From the human T2T-CHM13v2.0 reference genome, Homo sapiens: a stretch of 64,000 bases of DNA. The DNA lies in NCBI RefSeq assembly GCF_009914755.1, contig NC_060934.1. One strand, 5' to 3'. The translations under genes were made by a program, and so were the position numbers. Shown piece by piece: positions 35,757-51,849 of the stretch (position 1 is the stretch's first letter; each line of letters starts with the position of its first letter). A model generated the notes under the pieces. That model was not told where the DNA came from, made no database searches, and saw nothing but the letters and a program-made list of their open reading frames with translations.

Positions 35757-37089
35757 TTATTTTTGTACAATGTTGCTAGTAATCCCTACCTCAGCAGGCT
35801 GTGGTAAGGATTAAAAGGTACATTGTACATAAAGTACATTTTCTAGTACGTTTAATAAATGTTCATTTCTATCTTCCTGAAAATTTCTCAGAGAAATGCG
35901 AAGGAGTGGACACTAGCCATGGTATCCACTGATTCTGAAATAACAGAAATAAGGAGCTTATTGCTGGATTTACTGAAACGGCTCAGAATCTAAAGTGCTG
36001 GAGCTGGAAAAAAACTGGAATGTACCTCCTTCCGGATTTCCAAGCACCAGGAGTCACAAGAGAGCCAAAAAACTCAAGCCTTCGAAATTGGGGGGGGAAA
36101 AAAAAAGTCATTATGATTTCCCAAATGAGCCAGTAAGCCAAGTTAGAAATACTATAGTTTCATAATCCTAAACCAAGAGTCACTCTATATTTGTGAAGGG
36201 CTTAAATAAATATTAACAACTCATCCCCCCACTTTCTACCATTATGTTGCTCTAGTCTTCCTTGGGGTTAAGACTTCTGGAAATTTAATAATTCTACATG
36301 TATAATTTTTGTGTTAACTTCATGAAATTTACCACATTTACTCTTTCGTGCAACTGCAAACATTAACTATTTCTTCCTTTCTTATTGTTTCAAAAAGGCA
36401 AGTAACTCTCCTTGCATCTATTAGAAGCATAATGACACCTCTGTCATAAAGAATTTTTTTTTTTTTAATTTAAAGAAGGACCTGTTGTCCAAAATCTATT
36501 TCCTTCAGCACACTGGTAAACATGCTCATGGAAACATGCTCTGTTGCCAAAATACCCTGTCATTCAGCTGCTCAAAAAAGAGCTTTAACTTTCTATTAAG
36601 TTCATGATCATTTGCAATACTTAAACACACAGAAAAGAGCATTAAATATTCCACTGCCATCTACCAAGCAAGCCAGGTTTTTCCATAATATATAGAAGTG
36701 TAAATAAGGTCAATATTGGTATTTTTCTCCTTATTCCTCAGATTTTTTCCCTTTCAGCTCAAGTTTCAGTATATTAATACCTTGGTATCACCAGTCAGAC
36801 AAAGAGTGCACTAGTCACTGCACTAGTCATTTCATGTACACTACTGCAATTAAACCTTACACCAAAAGTTTATCCCTGCCACACCGCCCCTCCCCCCACC
36901 TTTTAAAAAAATTAAATGAAGAAACTGAGACATAGGTTAAGTAACAATGCTGGTGGTCAAGAGCTAGTACAAGGCAGAGCTGGGATCCAACCCAGGTCTA
37001 CCACACCATGAGGTTTTTTTCCACCAACCACATAACCTCTAGAGTAAGGATAAAAGTAAGACTAGGTCTAAAGTTGGAATGTATGGGAC

Positions 37090-37172
37090 TTATATTTAAT
37101 ATTAATATATAATTTAATAATTAAATTTAATGTAATTATATTTAATATAATTAATATATTTAATATAATTTA
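37090..37172. repeat. AT-rich low-complexity tract
   Basis: Nearly pure A/T, (TAATAT)-like units. Confidence 0.85.
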
Positions 37173-37211
37173 ACAGAAAAAGGATTATTCTCCCTTTTTT
37201 TAAAAAATAAC

Positions 37212-37687
<476 letters not shown>

Positions 37688-38583
37688 AAAAAAAATCACT
37701 TCTTACACTCAGATTACTCTCACTTAACAGCTGCTGGCTAGCATTCTGCTTCTTGAAGAAACCACATTTTGCAGATTAGCAGTCTGTCAGATGCTGATCT
37801 GTAACCACGAGGAGATAATGTTAAGGACTTTATGTCACTCATTTACTCGGAAAAGAATTTCTCATTTGAAGCCTCAGAACTAGATTTCTGGATTTAGTAT
37901 TATAAAACTAAGTAACAATACTAATGGAAATCACTAGTCTGTTTATGCCTATTTGCCATTTGAAAAAAAACAAGCACTGAACAGCCTGAAATTTACCAAT
38001 TCTGTTTTCTATTTTCACTCCATTGTCCACTGTTGGTAACAACAAATTCAGCAATATAACACTTTTAGCAGTTGTCTATGCAAATAAAACCAAAGAAACC
38101 AAATTCAGAAATAGTATAGATTAGTCCCTTCATTTTGTGGAGAGTGCATAGTTTGATTAAAAACAACTTTCTTGCTCTGTCCCAGGTCCAAAGACCTAAT
38201 CTTAGATTGGCTTTCAAGATCTTTTTAAGCTTGTTTTGTCCTGGGGTTAGCCTGACTCATCTGTGTAGGTCACTTAACCATAAAAAGGCTAAAAAAGACT
38301 GTGTGCTCAGATAAGGACCACAAATGAAAAACCTGGGGTATAGAAAGTATATACATGAGGGCAACTTAATAAATTAGGAAACTAGAGCACCCGACAGGTC
38401 TAATTAAGGGAGAAAGAGGCCTCGAAAAAAGGGAAAAGAAAAACACATACCCGCAGAGGAAGTCAAAATGCAAAGGGCCAAATCCTGATACATATCATGT
38501 GCAAAGAACGTCGCTAAAGTAATTTGGGGTGAAAGAGGAATTGTAAATAGGCTTGGCAGGTATTTTTTATATAAAACATAGTT

Positions 38584-38890
<307 letters not shown>

Positions 38891-38997
38891 TAGTCCACTC
38901 TTGGCCAGTGGTAAAGCTAACACATATGATTCAGTACTATCTAGATTCTAAACATGACTTTCATATATAAACTCATCTGTACTCGACAGACAAACTA

Positions 38998-39381
38998 CAG
39001 CTGACTTGAATAATGCGGGTTTGAACTGCACAGGTCCACTTATATGCGGATTTTTTATTTTTATTTTTTTGGAGACAAGGTCTTGATGTATCACCCAGGA
39101 GGGAGTGCAGTGGCATGACCACAGCTCACTGAAACCTCAAACTCCTGGGCTCAAGTGATCCTCCCATCTCAGTCTCCCAAGTAGCTGGAACTACACATAC
39201 CATCATGTCTGGGTAATTTCTGAGAAGTTTTTATAGAGACAGGGTCTCATTAGGTTCCCCAGGCTGGTCTCAAACTCCTGGCTTCAAGCAATCCACCTGC
39301 CTCAGCCAGTGGGGAGAGTTGAGGTTTTCGATTGCATGGGAGCCAGTGCCTTTAGCTGCTGTATTATTCAAGGGTTAACTG
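38998..39381. mobile_element. Tigger2/MER8-like DNA transposon MITE interrupted by an AluJ (about 39051-39308, minus)
   Basis: TIR-like ends cagctgacttgaa...ttcaagggttaactg with TA flanks. Confidence 0.65.
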
Positions 39382-39981
39382 TAGTTAAAGCATAATTAAT
39401 GTACATAATCTCATTAGATAAATAAAGTGTTAATCTACAACAATACAGACATAAGGAGCTAAATACAAATACTGGCATTCTATGGGTAGTAGATTCAGGA
39501 TTAATACTGATTTAGGTTCAAGACAACCAGGCAAAATTACTTTTGTCAATAAACAAGATTTTTGCATATTTTGTTCTGTTCTATATACAAATGTTAGTCT
39601 TACATAGAAATCCTGCAAATAAACCGATACACAGCTGGCTTCAATTATGGGGATAATTGGTGATAAAGGAATCTTCTCTGAAAAATATTTGTGGCATTAG
39701 GCTGGCATTTAGATGAGATGAAGATAATGAAGCTCCCATCAGAATGGATTATGTTACTGAACACTATGTGACACACTTCATTGGGGAAATAAATGATTAC
39801 CAAATGATTACCAAACTGTAAGCAAAATAAGAAACATTTTAATACAAGAAAGGCCATCAATTTCTCTTTTAACAAACTACTCTCAACTCTCAACAAACTC
39901 CCAACAACCAACTCTCCCACAGTACCCAGTAACACCTTTAGCAAAATCCGTATCATTAACTTTTGAAAAATTAGAAGTTTA

Positions 39982-42840
39982 GAGAGACGGGGTTTCACTG
40001 TGTTGGCCAGGATGGTCTCGATCTCCTGACCTTGTGATCCGCCCGCCTCGGCCTCCCAAGGTGCTGGGATTACAGGCGTGAGCCACCGCGCCCGGCCTAC
40101 ACCTGGCTAATTTTTATATTTTTTGGTAGAGATGGGGTTTTGCCAGGCTGGTCTGGAACTCCTGACCTCAGGTTATCCTCCCGCCTCAGCCTCCCAAAGT
40201 GCTGGGATTACAGGAGTGAACCACTGTACCCATACCCACCCCCTGCAAAAACAAACAAACAAAAACTGTATTTAAAATGATCCGGTCTCTCCCTCTCCCT
40301 CTCCCTCTCCCTCTCCCTCTCCCTCTCCCTCTGTCTCCCTCTCCCCACGGTCTCCCTCTCATGCGGAGCCGAAGCTGGACTGTACTGCTGCCATCTCGGC
40401 TCACTGCAACCTCCCTGCCTGATTCTCCTGCCTCAGCCTGCCGAGTGCCTGCCATTGCAGGCACGCGCCGCCACGCCTGACTGGTTTTGGTGGAGACGGG
40501 GTTTCGCTGTGTTGGCCGGGCCGGTCTCCAGCCCCTAACCGCGAGTGATCCCGCCAACCTCGGCCTCCCGAGGTGCCGGGATTGCAGACGGAGTCTCCTT
40601 CACTCAGTGCTCAATGGTGCCCAGGCTGGAGTGCAGTGGCGTGATCTCGGCTCACTACAACCTACACCTCCCAGCCGCCTGCCTTGGCCTCCCAAAGTGC
40701 CGAGATTGCAGCCTCTGCCCGGCCACCACCCCGTCTGGGAAGTGAGGAGTGTCTCTGCCTGGCCGCCCATCGTCTGGGATGTGAGGAGCCCCTCTGCCTG
40801 GCTGCCCAGTCTGGAAAGTGAGGAGCGTCTCCGCCCGGCCGCCATCCCATCTAGGAAGTGAGGAGCGCCTCTTCCCAGCCGCCATCACATCTAGGAAGTG
40901 AGGAGCGTCTCTGCCCGGCCGCCCATCGTCTGAGATGTGGGGAGCGCCTCTGCCCCGCCGCCCCATCTGGGATGTGAGGAGCGCCTCTGCCCGGCCGAGA
41001 CCCCGTCTGGGAGGTGAGGAGCGTCTCTGCCCGGCCGCCCCGTCTGAGAAGTGAGGAGACCCTCTGCCTGGCAACCACCCCGTCTGAGAAGTGAGGAGCC
41101 CCTCCGCCCGGCAGCTGCCCCGTCTGAGAAGTGAGGAGCCTCTCCGCCCGGCAGCCACCCCATCTGGGAAGTGAGGAGCATCTCCGCCCGGCAGCCACCC
41201 CGTCCGGGAGGGAGGTAGGGGGGGGTCAACCCCCCGCCCGGCCAGCCGCCCCATCTGGGAGGGAGGTGGGGGGTCAGCCCCCCCGACCGGCCAGCCGTGC
41301 CATCCGGGAGGGAGGTGGGGGGGTCAGCCCCCCACCTGGCCAGCCGTGCCGTCCGGGAGGGAGGTGGGGGGTCAGCCCCCCGCCCGGCCAGCCGCCCCGT
41401 CCGGGAGGTGAGGGGTGCCTCTGCCCGGCCGCCCCTACTGGGAAGTGAGGAGCCCCTCAGCCTGGCCAGCCACCCCGTCCGGGAGGGAGATGGGGGGGTC
41501 AGCCCCCCACCCGGCCAGCCGCCCCGTCCGGGAGGGAGGTGGGGGGGTCAGCCCCCCGCCCGGCCAGCCGCCCCGTCCGGGAGGGAGGTGGGGGGGTCAG
41601 CTCTCCGCCCGGCCAGCCGCCCCGTCTGGGAGGTGAGGGGCGCCTCTGCCCGGCCGCCCCTACTGGGAAGTGAGGAGCCCCTCAGCCCGGCCAGCCACCC
41701 CGTCCGGGAGGGAGATGGGGGGGTCAGCCCCCCCACCCGGCCAGCCGCCCCGTCCGGGAGGGAGGTGGGGGGGTCAGCCCCCCGCCCGGCCAGCCGCCCC
41801 GTCCGGGAGGGAGGTGGGGGTGTCAGCCCCCCGCCCGGCCAGCCGCCCCGTCCGGGAGGGAGGTGGGGGGGGGTCAGCCCCCCCGCCCGGCCAGCCGCCC
41901 TGTCCGGGAGGTGAGGGGCGCCTCTGCCCGGCCGCCCCTACTGGGAAGTGAGGAGCCCCTCTGCCCGGCCAGCCGCCCCGTCCGGGAGGGAGGTGGGGGT
42001 GTCAGCCCCCCGCCCGGCCAGCCGCCCCGTCCGGGAGGTGAGGGGCGCCTCTGCCCGGCCGCCCCTACTGGGAAGTGAGGAGCCCCTCTGCCCGGCCAGC
42101 CGCCCTGTCCGGGAGGGAGGTGGGGGTGTCAGCCCCCCGCCCGGCCAGCCGCCCCGTCCGGGAGGGAGGTGGGGGGGGTCAGCCCCCCCGCCCGGCCAGC
42201 CGCCCTGTCCGGGAGGTGAGGGGCGCCTCTGCCCGGCCGCCCCTACTGGGAAGTGAGGAGCCCCTCTGCCCGGCCACCACCCTGTCTGGGAGGTGTGCCC
42301 AACAGCTCATTGAGAACGGGCCAGGATGACAATGGCGGCTTTGTGGAATAGAAAGGCAGGAAAGGTGGGGAAAAGATTGAGAAATCGGATGGTTACCGTG
42401 TCTGTGTAGAAAGAAGTAGACATGGGAGACTTTTCATTTTGTTCTGCACTAAGAAAAATTCCTCTGCCTTGGGATCCTGTTGATCTGTGACCTTACCCCC
42501 AACCCTGTGCTCTCTGAAACATGCGCTGTGTCCACTCAGGGTTAAATGGATTAAGGGCGGTGCAAGATGTGCTTTGTTAAACAGATGCTTGAAGGCAGCA
42601 TGCTCGTTAAGAGTCATCACAAATCCCTAATCTCAAGTAATCAGGGACACAAACACTGCGGAAGGCCGCAGGGTCCTCTGCCTAGGAAAACCAGAGACCT
42701 TTGTTCACTTGTTTATCTGCTGACCTTCCCTCCACTATTGTCCCATGACCCTGCCAAATCCCCCTCTGTGAGAAACACCCAAGAATTATCAATAAAAAAA
42801 TAAATTTAAAAAAAAAATAAAAATTAAAAAAAAAAAAAAA
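39982..42840 (+). mobile_element. SVA (SVA_F-like), full length with 5' transduction, antisense to NT5C2
   Basis: (CCCTCT)n about 40287-40343, Alu-like, VNTR about 40710-42290, SINE-R to about 42790, polyA; 17-bp TSD gaaaaattagaagttta at 39965-39981 and 42841-42857. Confidence 0.96.
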
Positions 42841-43579
42841 GAAAAATTAGAAGTTTACAAGTTTAGAATTATTATATATTCAGCTTAACATTCCTACAGT
42901 CCACATATATATTTTTGCTTCAGTTACCCTCTTCCTCATTCATTAGTGACATCAAAGTTTTAAATAATTATTTACCACTAATTCTATCAACTCCAGCATT
43001 TAACATAAAAAACAGGATTCTCAAAACATCATTATTCAAAGTAAATTTTCTTATCTATTAATAGGAACCATTAAAAAGCTGAAAAATCAAAAAACCCCTC
43101 TCCCCAAAGAAGGTCTTCTGTAGCCATCTTCAGGAAGACCAAAAACAGAGTTTCCTTATGAAAATATCTCAATTTGCCAAGACTAAATCCCAACCCCCAT
43201 CCTTTCCAAAAAGAAGTCATATGTATTTCCCACATTTGAAAACAAGAAAAAAGAACTTTGAGGAAACCCTATGTAGCTGTTTCCTCAGAACAAATTTAGG
43301 CAAATTTACAGTGTGATAAGGATCATGAGCCAACAACCACCTCTCAATGAACACACCATTCCAAAACACGACTTTGAGATGTTATGTTTGACATGTGATG
43401 TCCTATGCAGACACTTCAGAAGCATCAATCCTAGGATCACTGTATTCTAAGAATTTCACTACATTCTAACTCTGAAAACTAGTAATCTATCTATGCTGTA
43501 AGGTAATTATATATCACTCAAAATACTGTTTGCCAGAATAGCCAATTCATAGATTATGCTAGACAGATAGTTTTATAGT

Positions 43580-43810
43580 TCATTCTATGGTCTCAATATT
43601 TGTGTCCTTTAAAGTTCATATGCTGAAATATAATCATCAATGTGATGGTGTCAGGAAGTGATGCTTCTGGGAAGTGATTGGTGTCCTCTTTTATAAAGGC
43701 GGAGCACTTGTGAATGGGATTAGTGCCCTTATAAAAGAGGCCTAAGAGAGACCCCTTACTACTTCTACCACATAAGGACACAGCTAGAAGGTGCTTTCTA
43801 TGAACCACAA
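43580..43810. mobile_element. MLT1-type MaLR LTR fragment
   Basis: tgaatgggattagtgcccttataaaagagg motif. Confidence 0.65.
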
Positions 43811-43882
43811 AGCAGACAAACCCACGTTGTGGAACATTCTACAAAATACCTAGCCAGTACTCTTTAAAAGTCTCAAAGCAAC

Positions 43883-44523
<641 letters not shown>

Positions 44524-44793
44524 TTAGGAACAATCACAGATTAGAAGAGACTAAGGAGATAAGACAACTAAATGCAATATGCGATTCGGGACTGGATCCT
44601 AGAATAAAAAGATGACATTAGTGGAAAAACTGATAAAAAACAAAGTCCATAGTTCAACTAATAATACTGTACTGGTGTTAATTTCTCAGTTTTTATAATT
44701 GTACTATGGTCAAGCAAGATGTTACCATAGGAGAGGGGAAAGGAGAACTCTCTAAATTATTTTTGTAGCTCTTCTGTAGGTCTAAAGTAATTT

Positions 44794-45092
44794 CTTTTTT
44801 TTTTGAGACGGAATCTCACTCTGTCACCCAAGCTGGAGTGCACAGTGGCGCGATCTCGGCTCACTGTAAGCTCTGCATCCCAGGTTCACGCCATTCTCCT
44901 GCCTCAGCCTCCTGAGTAGCTGGGACTCGGTACAGGCGCCCGCCACCACGCCCGGCTAATTTTTGTATTTTTTTAGTAGAGACAGGGTTTCACTGTGTTA
45001 GCCAGGATGGTCTCGATCTCCTGACCTTGTGATCTGCCTGCCTCGGTCTCCCAAAGTGTTGGGATTATAGGCGTGAGCCACCGCGCCTGGCC
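44794..45092 (-). mobile_element. AluY-like
   Basis: gttcacgccattctcc diagnostic; TSD ggtctaaagtaatt. Confidence 0.9.
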
Positions 45093-45363
45093 GCGGTCTA
45101 AAGTAATTAAAAAAAAAAATTATGTCAAGAGTTAAAAAAAGAATGAACTACTTACTGGTAGACACAACAATGTGAATGAATCATAAAAACATGCTGAGCA
45201 AAATAAGGCAGACAAAAAGGAGTACATACTATATGATATGCCTTGGCTATGTCCCCACCCAAATGTCATCTTGAATTTGCACGTGTTGTGGGAGGGACCC
45301 AGTGGGAAGTAATTGAATCACAGGGGTGTGTCTTTCCTCTGCTGTTCTCGTGATAGTGAATAA

Positions 45364-45858
<495 letters not shown>

Positions 45859-47605
45859 TGAAAACAAACTAATATAGTAAATTGGTACCAGTAGAGTGGA
45901 GCACTGCTGAAAAGATATCCAAAAATGTGGAAGCAACTTTGGAACTGGGTAACAGACAAATGTTAGAACAATTTGGAGGGCTCAGAAGAAGAGAGAAAAA
46001 TGTGGGAAAGTTTAGAACTTCCTAGAGACTTGTTGAATGGCTTTGACAAAAATATTGATAGTGACATGGGCAACAAATTCTAGGCTGAGGTGGTCTCAGA
46101 TGGAAATGAGGAACTTATTGGGAGCTGGAGCAAAGCTGAGTCTTTATATATTTTAGCAAAGAGACTGGTGGCATTTTGCCCCTGCCCTAGAGATTTGTGG
46201 AACTTTGAACTTGAGAGAGATGATTTAGGGTATCTGATGGAAGAAATTTCTAAGCAGCAAAGCATTCAAGAGATGACTTGGATGCTGTTAAAGTCATTCA
46301 GTTTTATAAGGGAAGCAGAGCATAAAAGTTCCGAAAATTTGCAGCCTCACAATGCAATAGAAAAGAAAACTCATCTCTGAGAAGAAATTCAAGCCCTGTA
46401 CAGAAATTTGCATAAGTAACAAAGAGCCTAATGCTAATCACCGAGACAATGGGGAAAATGTCTCCAGGGCATGTCAGAAGTCTTCATGGTAGCCCCTTCC
46501 ACCACAGGCCAGGAGGCCTCAGAGGAAAAAGTGGTTTCATGGGCCAGGCCCAGGCTCCCCATGCTGTGTGCAGTCTGGCGACTTAGTGCCGAGTCCCAGC
46601 CACTCCTGCCATGGCTGAAAGGGGCCAATATAGAGCTCGGGCTGTGGCTTCAGAGGGTGCAAGCCTCAAGCCTTGGCACCTTCCATGTGGTGTTGAGCCT
46701 GCAAGTGCACAGAAGTCAAAAATTGGGGTTTAGGAACCTCCACCTATATTTCAGAGGATGTATGGAAATGCCTGGATGTCCAGGCAGAAGTTTGCTGCCA
46801 GGGTGGGGCTCTCATGGAAAACCTCTGCTAAGGCAGTGCAGAAGGGAAATGTGGGGTCAGAGCCCCCACACAGAGTCCCTACTAGGGCACTGCCTATTGG
46901 AGCTGTGAGAAGAGGATCACCGTCCTCCAGACCCCAGAATAATAGATCCACTGACAGCTTGCACCGTGCACCTGGAAAAGCCACAGACACCCAACACCAG
47001 CCTGTGAAAGCAGCTGGGAGGGAAGCTGTACCCTGCAAAGCCACAGAAGTGGAGCTGCCCAAAACCATGGGAATCCACCTCTTGCATCAGCAAGACCTGG
47101 ATGTGAGACACAGGGTCAAAATATATCATTTTGGAGCTTTAAGATTTGACTGCCCCACTGGATTTCAAACTTGCATGGGGCCTGTAGCCCCTTTGTTTTG
47201 GCCAATTTCTCCCATTTGGAATGGCTGTATTTACTCAATGCCTGTATCCCCATTGTATGTAAGAAGTAACTAACTTGCTTTTGATTTTACAGGTTCATAG
47301 GCAGAAGGGACTTGCCTTGTTTCAGATGAGATATTGGACTGTGAACTTTTTAGTTAATGTTGAAATGAGTTAAGACTTTGGGGGACTGTTGGGAAGGCAT
47401 GATTGGTTTTGAAATGTGAGGACAAGAGATTTAGAAGGGCCAGGGGCAGAATGATATGGTTTGGCTGTGTCCCCACCCAAATCTCATCTTCAATTCCCAC
47501 ATGGTGTAGGAGGGATCCAGTGGGAGGTAATTGAATCATGGGAGTGGGTCTTTCCCTTGCTGTTCCTGTAATAGTGAATAAGTCTCATGAGATCTGATGG
47601 TTTTA

Positions 47606-48400
<795 letters not shown>

Positions 48401-48850
48401 CTAATACACCATATGTTTCTATTCATATGAAAATCTCGATAAACTGTCATTATCCAAAATGATCATTTTAACATTATATGCCTATACATACATGCATGCT
48501 TAGGTTTGAATCTTGGTTCAGGTATATCATAACTAAATGTCCTTGGACAAAGTGCTTGATGTCTCAGAGTCATATGTAAAATGGAGATGATAGTAGTAAC
48601 TGCTTCACAGGGTTTCTGTAAATATTAAATAACAGATGTGAATGACAGAATCCATGTGTTAAATGAGATAATCTATGTAATAAAGCACTTGGAACGGGTC
48701 CTGGCATATAATAAGTACTTAATAAATGTTACCACTTACTGTTAAATATACACAAAGTATGTTTGTGTGTAGACTAGGAGAAAGCATTAAAATACGAAGT
48801 GGCATTGCAAAAAACAAAAAGAAGAAATCATAAGGTGCATTAAAGTTTAG

Positions 48851-49164
<314 letters not shown>

Positions 49165-50169
49165 CAATTAAGTGACCTTTTCAATATACAAGATAGTTTA
49201 TTTTTTCATTATTCTGTGGGAATATATAATCACCTCAGTTTTCAGTAACAAAATGTGCCAGGCACATTATAGATTCTCAATAAATACTTACTAAATTGAA
49301 CTATTTCAATGTAAAGAGATTGTCTTAATAACCAAGGGAAAAATATTTGTCACTTTTTGACACCATTAACTTCTATTTCTGCTTTAGATAATCTCTTTCA
49401 GCTGCCAAATTAACTCACCATTCCTTTCCCTAGAGAGCTAGAATCTTGAAAGAAGAGACTATAGATTTTCTTCCCATTTGAACAGCAAGATCTACATTGG
49501 GAAAGTATACTGCTTTCCCCTGCTTTCTGACAAGTGCTCCTAAAAGTGTCTGTGACCAATTAGAAAAACATTAAATGCTGCAAAAATAAGGTTAAGGCAA
49601 TAGAAAAACAAATAAATGACAAAGAGTATGGAGGGAAGAGAAAAATTCAAATCAGGAACTGTGTATATTTTTAATGTATTACTTGTTTGGTAAAAAAATC
49701 ATGACCGTATCTATGTAGCAAGTACTCCCGTAATTTCGTGTTTGAACACGTATTATTCATTCACATTTGTAGCCTAAATCGAACATCAAACTGTGATTTG
49801 TCTAATTTGAGATGGACAAATTAATACTGTTATATTAATAGTTCCTGAGAAGTGTCTTTATACGTCTTAAGGTTTTTGTGTAAAGACAAAATTTTTTAAC
49901 AGACAATTTCTGAAAGATTCTGTGTGTCACAGTTTCACATACACGTGCAAGCATATATGCTCAACTTGATCCCTCATCCCCACTACTTCTTAAATTAAAT
50001 GCATTTCCACGAGATTGAAAATATTTTACTAAATTCTGGAAAGATGTTATAACTACTGATTAATACATTGACTCTTTCAAATATATCTTAGAGAAGGAAG
50101 GGAAAAACAGCACAGTGCTGGTGTTTAAGGGCTACAGGATAATGAAAAAAGCTAATGGCTCTAGTTTTT

Positions 50170-50874
50170 TGTTTGGTTGGTTGGTTAGTTGGTTTCAGAA
50201 GCTATATAATTTATTTAATAAAAAAGGATGTGGAAACTTAAACACAAAGTTTACACAAATAGGAGACCATGAGATGGTACCCAATGCCCCACATCCTCAT
50301 AAGGACAAAACATGCTGATGAAAACATCTACACAGACTAAGGATTCTACAAGTTAAAAAAGAAGTTCATCTTTTCCATATTTGTCATGGAGTTTCAATGA
50401 CTTCTTGCCCAGTCCTCCATCTAACTGCAGCTGACCATTGGGAAGACTGGCTAAATTCCTGCATATACCCTAGGTACAGAAAAGAAACCCCAGTACATCT
50501 CTGAGTTTTTTGGGGTTTGTTTGTTTTTTGTTAAGTTCTGGGATACATATGCAGAATGTGCAGGTTACATAGGTATACATGTACCATGGTGGTTTGCTGC
50601 ACCTATAAACCCGTCATCTAGGTTTTAAGCCCTGCATGCGTTAGGTATTTGTCCTAATGCTCTCCCTCCCTTTGCCTCTCACCCCCCGACAAGCCTCAGT
50701 GTGTGATGTTCCCCCTCCCTGTGTTCATGTGTTCTCAATGTTCAACTCCCACTTATGAGTGAGAACATGCAGTGTTTGCTTTTTGGTTCCTGTGTTAGTC
50801 TGCTGAGAATGATGGCTTCTAGCTTCATTCATGTCCCTGCAAAAGGCACAAACTCATTCCTTTATGTGGCTGCA
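50170..50874 (-). mobile_element. 5'-truncated L1PA7/8-like element with 3' transduction
   Basis: L1 3' UTR 50533-50874, first polyA remnant about 50505-50532, unique segment, second polyA remnant 50170-50195; TSD gctctagttttt at 50158-50169 and 50875-50886. Confidence 0.82.
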
Positions 50875-50969
50875 GCTCTAGTTTTTAAAAAGCCTTATAC
50901 ATACTACGTGTGCAATCATTTCAATGGAAAATGAACACATTTCCCATCTGTGTTAAGAATAACATACTG

Positions 50970-51318
<349 letters not shown>

Positions 51319-51643
51319 TCATACCTAAAGAATGGCTAAGAGTAAAAGTCAAAAATGCCCAAATATACCTATCAATATATGATTTTACCATATTATTTCT
51401 TACCAGGGTCTCTAAAATAGTAAAATTTAGTACTTTTTCTATCTATGTGTACAAACTCATGAGCCACATCTCAAGGATATCTGATAATTTCAATATTCAC
51501 AAATCTTACTGGAAGCAACCTGATAATAAAAGCTTCTGGCAGCCAAATACATGATTAAGTCAGCAAATGTCAATTGAATTGCCTACTGTGAACCCACTGT
51601 GTTATACCCAAAGCAGCAGTTCTTAAGCAATCAGAAATTGCTA

Positions 51644-51793
<150 letters not shown>

Positions 51794-51849
51794 CTATTTT
51801 TCTAGGTTTTCTCATTTATTTTTCCAATTGATTTTTTAAACTTTTAAAA

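Noticed and set aside
41170-42290. Tandem ~37-50-bp array resembling a CRISPR or CpG island
   Set aside because: It is the SVA VNTR: no unique spacers, human DNA
40186-42803. Many long GC-rich ORFs (up to 205 aa) on both strands
   Set aside because: All lie within the SVA Alu-like/VNTR/SINE-R regions; they are low-complexity repeat translations
46090-47273. ORFs of 96-171 aa
   Set aside because: THE1 internal-region degenerate ORF remnants, not a host gene
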